Assembly: GCA_965261395.1 (NCBI GenBank)
Contig: OZ253462.1
Coordinates: 3,200,001 to 3,264,000, forward strand
Source of the DNA: Candidatus Latescibacterota bacterium
GTDB lineage: Bacteria; Latescibacterota; UBA2968; UBA8231
Direction: 5' to 3'
DNA: 64,000 bases
Positions 58,764 to 64,000 of the stretch are shown one piece after another (positions within the stretch are counted from its first letter, which is position 1; every line of letters starts with the position of its first letter). The notes under the pieces were generated by a model. The model was given only the letters and a program-made list of their open reading frames with translations. It was not told the DNA's origin and searched no databases. Position numbers and translations under genes: made by a program.

Positions 58764-58955
58764 ATGCCATTTATCAACGTGAAGATGCTCGCGGGGCGTT
58801 CCGCCGAGCAGAAGAGGGCCTTAGTCGAAGCTCTGACCCAGGCCATGGTGGATACCTGCAACGCGCCCCGAGAGGGGACGACGGTAGTGCTCGAAGAATG
58901 CGAGCGCGAGCACTGGGCCGTTGGTGGGGTGCTGGTGGCGGACCGCCCACAATAA
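58764..58955 (+). CDS. 4-oxalocrotonate tautomerase family protein
   Basis: 63 aa, Pro-1 (MPFINV), GRSAEQK, HWAVGG; AGGAG upstream. Confidence 0.9.
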   Translation: MPFINVKMLAGRSAEQKRALVEALTQAMVDTCNAPREGTTVVLEECEREHWAVGGVLVADRPQ

Positions 58956-58971
58956 GGTGGAAAAGGCCAAG

Positions 58972-60513
58972 TCACAGCACGTGGGCCAAAGCTACGGCGA
59001 TGAGCAGGCCGAAGGAGATCCAGCCTAGCAGGGCCTCGACGACAGCGAGGAGTTTGAGCTTGCCCGTCGCGTCCCAGGCTTGGGAGTTGACGTGGATGAA
59101 GGTATAGAGGCTGAAGACGATGCAGTCGGCGAGGGTGGGCTGGTCTGCGCCGGAGGCGGAGCGCATGGAGCCGGAAGCTGTGCGGTACGCCAAGCCGCAG
59201 AGGAGGATAATGGCGAGCATGAAGGCGATTATTCGCTGGGGGGCCGCGCCGTAATCCGCACTCAGCCGCCACAGTTCTAGGCCCCAGCGCGCTGGCTCGT
59301 TATAGGCGCGTGCAAGGCGTTGGTGATCCATGCGTTCGGCGTGGCAGGCTGCGGCGTCGCCGTTCAAGCCTTGGGCTAGGAATTGGTGGTACAGGGCGGC
59401 GTAGGTTGGGTCGAGGGGTGCAGCGTGGGTTGAGTCGGCTGCGGCGAGATGGCCTGCTAGCTGGGACCAGCTCACTTGGATGCGGCCGAAGCGCGGTTGG
59501 TGCAAGTAGAGGCGACTGCCCGTAGCGAAGGTCGAATCCGTTCCGGCTGGCCGCAGGTCAATCAGGGCGAAGGCGGCGCGGCTCAGGTCGAGGGAGCGGT
59601 TGAAGAAAGCACCGAGGCGGATGACGCGGCCCTCGCTCTCGCTGAAGTCGGCCTCTTGGCGGAAATAAGCGCCATCAAAGTGGGCTTGGCCAAAGGTCGC
59701 ACTGCGAAAGCGCGCCGCCCGCGCGAAGGTGAAGTCGGCAAAGGATGCCTCGCCGCTGAAACGCGCTCGGTCGAAGGCGACCTCTCCGTCGGCGCGTCCG
59801 CTGGCGAAGGACACCTCCTCGGCGAAACGCGCGTCCCAAAACAGCGCCTGGTCGGCGAAGCGGACTCCAGCGAAAGATAGAGGTTGTGCCCAAGCGGTCT
59901 CCTTGAAGGAGGCAATTCCGGCGAAGGCGGCGTCGGTGAAGGTGGCTGGCGCGGCAAAGGCGGCCTGCTCGAAATAGGCGGCGTTGTCGAATTGGGTTTG
60001 GGCGAAGTTGGAGTGCTGGCCCGCAAAGCGCGCGCCGACGAACGAGGCGACTCCGGCGAAGCGGCTTGCGGTTAGGTCGGCATCGCCGAGGAAGTGGGTC
60101 TTTTGAAAAGTTGCGTGCTTGGCCAGATGGCTTGCGCGCAGGGCGAAGGAGGCGGTAAAACGCGCTTCGGCAAAGGAGAGGCCACCGGCGAAGTGGGCGC
60201 GTTCAAAGCGCACCGGGGCGAGGAACGCGACTTGGCTGAAGGATACTTCGTCGAGAAAGTACACTTCCTCCAAGTCGAGGGGGACGCGCAGGGTGTCGAG
60301 TCCTGAAGTGGGCGCAAACAGGCGTCCGTGGAAGGCGACCTGCCGGTGGACGACGGCTGGGCCGTTTGCCGGGCGTTGTAGCTGGGCGATTAGCGTCTCA
60401 ATGGGGAGCAAGGGAAGGGTTTGGCCGGCGATGGTGGTATCGGCCGCGGGCGTCTGAGCGCTCAAGGTGGTGCTCAAGAAGAGCAAGGCAGCAAATAAGA
60501 GTTTTGGTAGCAT
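58972..60513 (-). CDS. Pentapeptide-repeat protein with C-terminal channel-like membrane domain
   Basis: Signal peptide; roughly 11-residue xAxF..xF periodicity; DYG..P TM, FSLYTF, EALLGW TM. Confidence 0.78.
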   Translation of the reverse strand: MLPKLLFAALLFLSTTLSAQTPAADTTIAGQTLPLLPIETLIAQLQRPANGPAVVHRQVAFHGRLFAPTSGLDTLRVPLDLEEVYFLDEVSFSQVAFLAPVRFERAHFAGGLSFAEARFTASFALRASHLAKHATFQKTHFLGDADLTASRFAGVASFVGARFAGQHSNFAQTQFDNAAYFEQAAFAAPATFTDAAFAGIASFKETAWAQPLSFAGVRFADQALFWDARFAEEVSFASGRADGEVAFDRARFSGEASFADFTFARAARFRSATFGQAHFDGAYFRQEADFSESEGRVIRLGAFFNRSLDLSRAAFALIDLRPAGTDSTFATGSRLYLHQPRFGRIQVSWSQLAGHLAAADSTHAAPLDPTYAALYHQFLAQGLNGDAAACHAERMDHQRLARAYNEPARWGLELWRLSADYGAAPQRIIAFMLAIILLCGLAYRTASGSMRSASGADQPTLADCIVFSLYTFIHVNSQAWDATGKLKLLAVVEALLGWISFGLLIAVALAHVL

Positions 60514-60528
60514 ACGGGCTGTTGAGTT

Positions 60529-61464
60529 TTAAAAGCGCAGCGTGGCGATGGCTGATAGGCCCCCCTTGGGGTTCGGAACCAGACCGACGGAGATGCGGCG
60601 GTCTTGAGGAGGCTTGCGCCATTTCTCCGACGCAATGAGTGAACCAATAATAGGGGTGACGTATGCCACCAAGAACCCTATCTCGTGGCCGGCCCATATC
60701 AAACCTATTCCTACCGATCCCGGTATAACACCAGCGAGTAGGGTCATGGGCAAAGAATCATAAGGATCAACGGAACTCACACCGAACGGGAATCCGACAC
60801 TACAGCCGATAACTAGGCCAGATAAAAGAAAGCCTAATGTTCTATAAGCGTCAGCGTCAGGGTCGCCATATGGCTCCCATATTTTGTCCTGAACACCCAT
60901 GGCCATGCCTGTAAAAACGATGCCCGAAAAAGTCCCAACGACCGCCTTTTTGCCAATCCGTAGCGCATCTCGGTTGTCCGCTTTCGTATAATACCTCTTT
61001 ACCATCGCCTCCATCTGCTCCGACAGGCTATCGCTACGGGCGGCCACCGGCTCGGCTTGGGCTGGCTGAGCCCGCTTAGTCGTACTCGTACGGGTAGGGT
61101 CTCGATCCGCCGCCGACAAAGGTGCGCCTATCAGGCTCAGCGTCTGAATGCGCTCCAAGGCGATCCACTTCGACCACCCGTCCGGTTCCAAGCCTACGAT
61201 CAACCGCCGCGAATCGACGGCTTTTATGTAGCCCCTTACCGTATCCAACTGGGTCCACGCCGCCGAGATCGGATGTCGTTTCCCCTGCCCATAGACGACC
61301 ACAGCCAAGGCCCCCACATCCACCGTGCTGCTGTCGATCTGGCCGGCAGTCAACACCCGCTCAACTCGCACTGACTCGGGGACGTCGCTCGCCGCCGCGC
61401 CAACCTGGGCATCCGCTGCCAAGAGGCTAGCAAACAGGGTAAGCGCAACGATTACAATGGGCAT
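60529..61464 (-). CDS. Hypothetical exported/membrane protein
   Basis: Signal-like N-terminus after GAAGGA; Gly-rich hydrophobic C-half; ends ATLRF. Confidence 0.6.
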   Translation of the reverse strand: MPIVIVALTLFASLLAADAQVGAAASDVPESVRVERVLTAGQIDSSTVDVGALAVVVYGQGKRHPISAAWTQLDTVRGYIKAVDSRRLIVGLEPDGWSKWIALERIQTLSLIGAPLSAADRDPTRTSTTKRAQPAQAEPVAARSDSLSEQMEAMVKRYYTKADNRDALRIGKKAVVGTFSGIVFTGMAMGVQDKIWEPYGDPDADAYRTLGFLLSGLVIGCSVGFPFGVSSVDPYDSLPMTLLAGVIPGSVGIGLIWAGHEIGFLVAYVTPIIGSLIASEKWRKPPQDRRISVGLVPNPKGGLSAIATLRF

Positions 61465-61725
61465 AATGGGTCCTTCTCTCGTGAAATGGTCAAAAGCGGA
61501 GTTGGGCAACCATCTTCGTCTCCTCTAAGTATGGATTACCTAAGATACAACGTTCAAAAGCGCCGCGCGGCGACGGCTGACAGGCGTCCTCTATGATTCG
61601 GCAACCATCGCCGCTAATTATAATGCTCGTCAATATAGAACCCGAAAAGAGGCCATAAGGGCACCGGTCCCTAACTTTTGGGCAATTCGCTTGCCGGCCC
61701 ACCCTGCCGTCTGCACGGCGAATTC

Positions 61726-61754
61726 TTGACAAGTCCGGCGGAAAAGCGTAACAA
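61726..61754 (+). promoter_or_regulatory. Putative sigma70 promoter, possibly leaderless transcript
   Basis: TTGACA, 17 bp, TAACAA, 6 bp, ATG 61761; no SD. Confidence 0.35.
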
Positions 61755-61760
61755 ACAGCC

Positions 61761-64000
61761 ATGAAAAATCCCCTTCTTTGCGCCGTTCTCATCGCCGCCG
61801 TGAGCGTCCTGCCCGCCGCTGCCGACACCATCGTCGTCGGTGCGAGCGGACTGGGCTGGCGCAGTGGTGGCGGCGAGATCCAAGCCAAGGTCATCCGCAG
61901 TGCCCAAAGCGTTGAGAATACCAACGCGCCCGGCGGCGTTATCGACTTTGCCCCCGCTAATTTTGCGGACTGGATTTTTCCCCAGCGCGCCGATACCACG
62001 CTAAACATCGCCCTCGGGGCCAACACCGAATCGCGCGGCGGTTCGATCATCTCGCCCAACAACCTCAACGTCCGCGGCGAACTGGCCAAGCTCATTGACG
62101 ACGACGGCCAAAGCGGCCTCGATTTGCGCTTGAGTGCCGGGGCCAAAAGCGCCCAGGTTTTGGGGCTGATCATCGACCTGGATTTGGGCGCGCGCTTTGG
62201 CATCGATCGCTTCCGCTTTTTCCCACGCAACGCCGCACCCGAATTCCCCGCGCCGAATTTCCCCTTCCAAAACGACTTCATGCGCAGCTTCGAGATTTTC
62301 ATCAACGACGGTACGCCAGACACCCAACGCGAGGGGGTGCCCATCCGCACGAGCGTGGCGCTGGAGGGCCAGAACGAAGAGGCGGTCGTCGATATCCGCA
62401 TCCCGCCGCAATACGTGCGCTTCGTGCGGCTCAAATCCCTGACGGCGCTGGGTTTTGACCTCGCCGAGTTCCAGGTCTTCGGCACGGGCTTTGTGCCCGA
62501 GGCCGTCTATATCTCCAACATCTTCGACTTTGGCGATCTGGCGCTGTTGGGCCATGTGCGCTGGGTGCAGGAGCAGGTCGGCGACGCGCAGCTTTCGCGG
62601 ATTGCGGTGCGCACGCGCACGGGCATTGATCCCGAGCCGGTGGAATTCAACAAGGTGCGGCCCGGCGAGCAGATCTTCCGCGTTGGTGGGGGCAATGTTG
62701 GGCTGCAGTCGGATGGGGCTGGGGTCAGCAGCGGCACCGGGATCAGCGGCGGCCTAGGCACGAACAAGGTTGGGGTGCCGTGGAAATTCGCCAAAGACAT
62801 CGAAGACGAGGCGCTGCAAGCGCTGGTCGCGGAGATTCTCGACAACGAGGAAGTGGATTTGCGCGACGCCGTGCAGGCGTTTAATGAACTCTCGCAGGAG
62901 GAGCGGGAGCAGGTGGCTTTGAGCGAGGCCGACTACAAAAAACTCTCGCGCGGCGATCGCTCGACGATTCGCAACGACGTGAGCAACTGGAGTGCATGGT
63001 CGCCGCCCTATCCCGTGAGCAGTATCGTCTCCTCGGCGGACTTGGGCACAGAGGGCGCGGGCGGGCCAATCGTCTCGCCAAGCCCGAGGCGCTATTTCCA
63101 ATTTATGATCGAGTTCTTCAGCGACGACTTTGAGGCGTCCACGGGCGTCGGGGGTCTTTCCTTTGATGTGCTGCCATCGCCCTTTGCCGAGGTATTGATC
63201 GCCGAGATCGGCCCCCGCAGCGCGGCTTTGGGCGAGCAGACGGACTTCACCTATGCGGTGCGGAGCAAGTTCCGCCCCGGCCAGGATCGCGGTTTTAATC
63301 GCTTGCGGATCGCTACCCCGCTCCGGGTGGAACAGGTAGGCGCGGTGCAGATAAGGCCGCCTGAAGGCGACGTGCTGGAAGCTGATTTCAGCGGCGCGGT
63401 GCTCGACGCGGTGCCGGTGGTGCGCGGCGACTTTGCGGTCGTAGAGGTGGCCGACGACGCCTTTGCCCTTGAGTTCCCGACCGTGGGCGCGGACGACACG
63501 GAGTTGCGGGTGAGTTTTGCCAATGCAGTACTGCGCTTTGGCACCACGTTTAGCGGCCAAGTGTTTAATACCGCATCCGAGGGCCGGCTAGGGCAGAGCG
63601 TGGTGGCTGGCAATGCGGCCGATTTGGGCGCGGGCGACCCCGACACGCAGGTGCTGGGTACGCCTTTTGAGGGCAATCTGTCGGTGCAAGTGCCCATCTC
63701 CGGTGAACTGCTGATCAACGTACGCGCTCAGCCGCAGGTCTTTACTCCTAATGGGGACGGCGTCAACGACCGGGCCGAGCTGAAGTACGATCTGACCAAT
63801 GTGGGCCGCCCGACGCCGCTGCGGGTTGTGGTTTTCGATCTGGCTGGTCGGCCGGTGCGGCACCTGTACGACGCGCCGGATCAGAGTGGGCGCTTTGTCC
63901 GGCCTTGGGATGGGCGCGACGACGCGGGTCGACTGGTGCCGCCGGGCAATTACGTATTCAGCGTCACGCTGGACGCCAAAACGGGCCAAGCTAGAGAGAT
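61761..64000 (+). CDS. Large secreted protein with C-terminal FlgD-Ig-like domain (3' end outside window; absent from ORF track)
   Basis: MKNPLLCAVLIAAVSVLPAAA signal; IDLDLGARFGIDRFRFFPR discoidin-like segment; same frame FTPNGDGVND at 63741, FDLAGRPVR, WDGRDDAGRLVPPGNY. Confidence 0.85.
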   Translation, partial: MKNPLLCAVLIAAVSVLPAAADTIVVGASGLGWRSGGGEIQAKVIRSAQSVENTNAPGGVIDFAPANFADWIFPQRADTTLNIALGANTESRGGSIISPNNLNVRGELAKLIDDDGQSGLDLRLSAGAKSAQVLGLIIDLDLGARFGIDRFRFFPRNAAPEFPAPNFPFQNDFMRSFEIFINDGTPDTQREGVPIRTSVALEGQNEEAVVDIRIPPQYVRFVRLKSLTALGFDLAEFQVFGTGFVPEAVYISNIFDFGDLALLGHVRWVQEQVGDAQLSRIAVRTRTGIDPEPVEFNKVRPGEQIFRVGGGNVGLQSDGAGVSSGTGISGGLGTNKVGVPWKFAKDIEDEALQALVAEILDNEEVDLRDAVQAFNELSQEEREQVALSEADYKKLSRGDRSTIRNDVSNWSAWSPPYPVSSIVSSADLGTEGAGGPIVSPSPRRYFQFMIEFFSDDFEASTGVGGLSFDVLPSPFAEVLIAEIGPRSAALGEQTDFTYAVRSKFRPGQDRGFNRLRIATPLRVEQVGAVQIRPPEGDVLEADFSGAVLDAVPVVRGDFAVVEVADDAFALEFPTVGADDTELRVSFANAVLRFGTTFSGQVFNTASEGRLGQSVVAGNAADLGAGDPDTQVLGTPFEGNLSVQVPISGELLINVRAQPQVFTPNGDGVNDRAELKYDLTNVGRPTPLRVVVFDLAGRPVRHLYDAPDQSGRFVRPWDGRDDAGRLVPPGNYVFSVTLDAKTGQARE

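Noticed and set aside
61490-63989. Minus-strand ORFs listed at the window end
   Set aside because: Antisense to the + strand secreted protein starting at 61761

Overview
High-GC bacterial chromosome segment. The gene content (five FG-GAP/ASPIC-UnbV CRTAC1-like proteins, many TPR lipoproteins, two DUF6785-like membrane proteins, a FlgD-Ig secreted protein) suggests a Latescibacterota/Poribacteria-like, possibly sponge-associated lineage; that is inference only. Layout: (1) 1-13.8 kb, + strand: CRTAC1/TPR/PPIase envelope cluster, then an alkyl-DHAP synthase (AGPS)-like gene overlapping a DHRS7B-like reductase, a possible ether-lipid module. (2) 13.8-29.3 kb, - strand: defence island built on an SNF2 helicase-DUF3883 / DUF1156 adenine methylase / DUF499 ATPase operon. 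All three core genes are disrupted. Co-oriented cassettes sit between them: two intact ABC-ATPase+PIN pairs, ATPase+DUF4276 remnant, MNT-HEPN, and VapBC and DUF1016 remnants. (3) 30-37 kb: second CRTAC1/TPR cluster. (4) 37-55 kb: Dpp/Opp-type ABC transporter, oxidoreductases, GH116 and two DUF6785-like proteins. (5) 55-64 kb: GT-C+TPR, CRTAC1, tautomerase, pentapeptide/channel protein and a secreted protein that runs off the window. No rRNA, tRNA, CRISPR, integrase or transposase was recognised. All family calls come from recalled motifs, not database searches.
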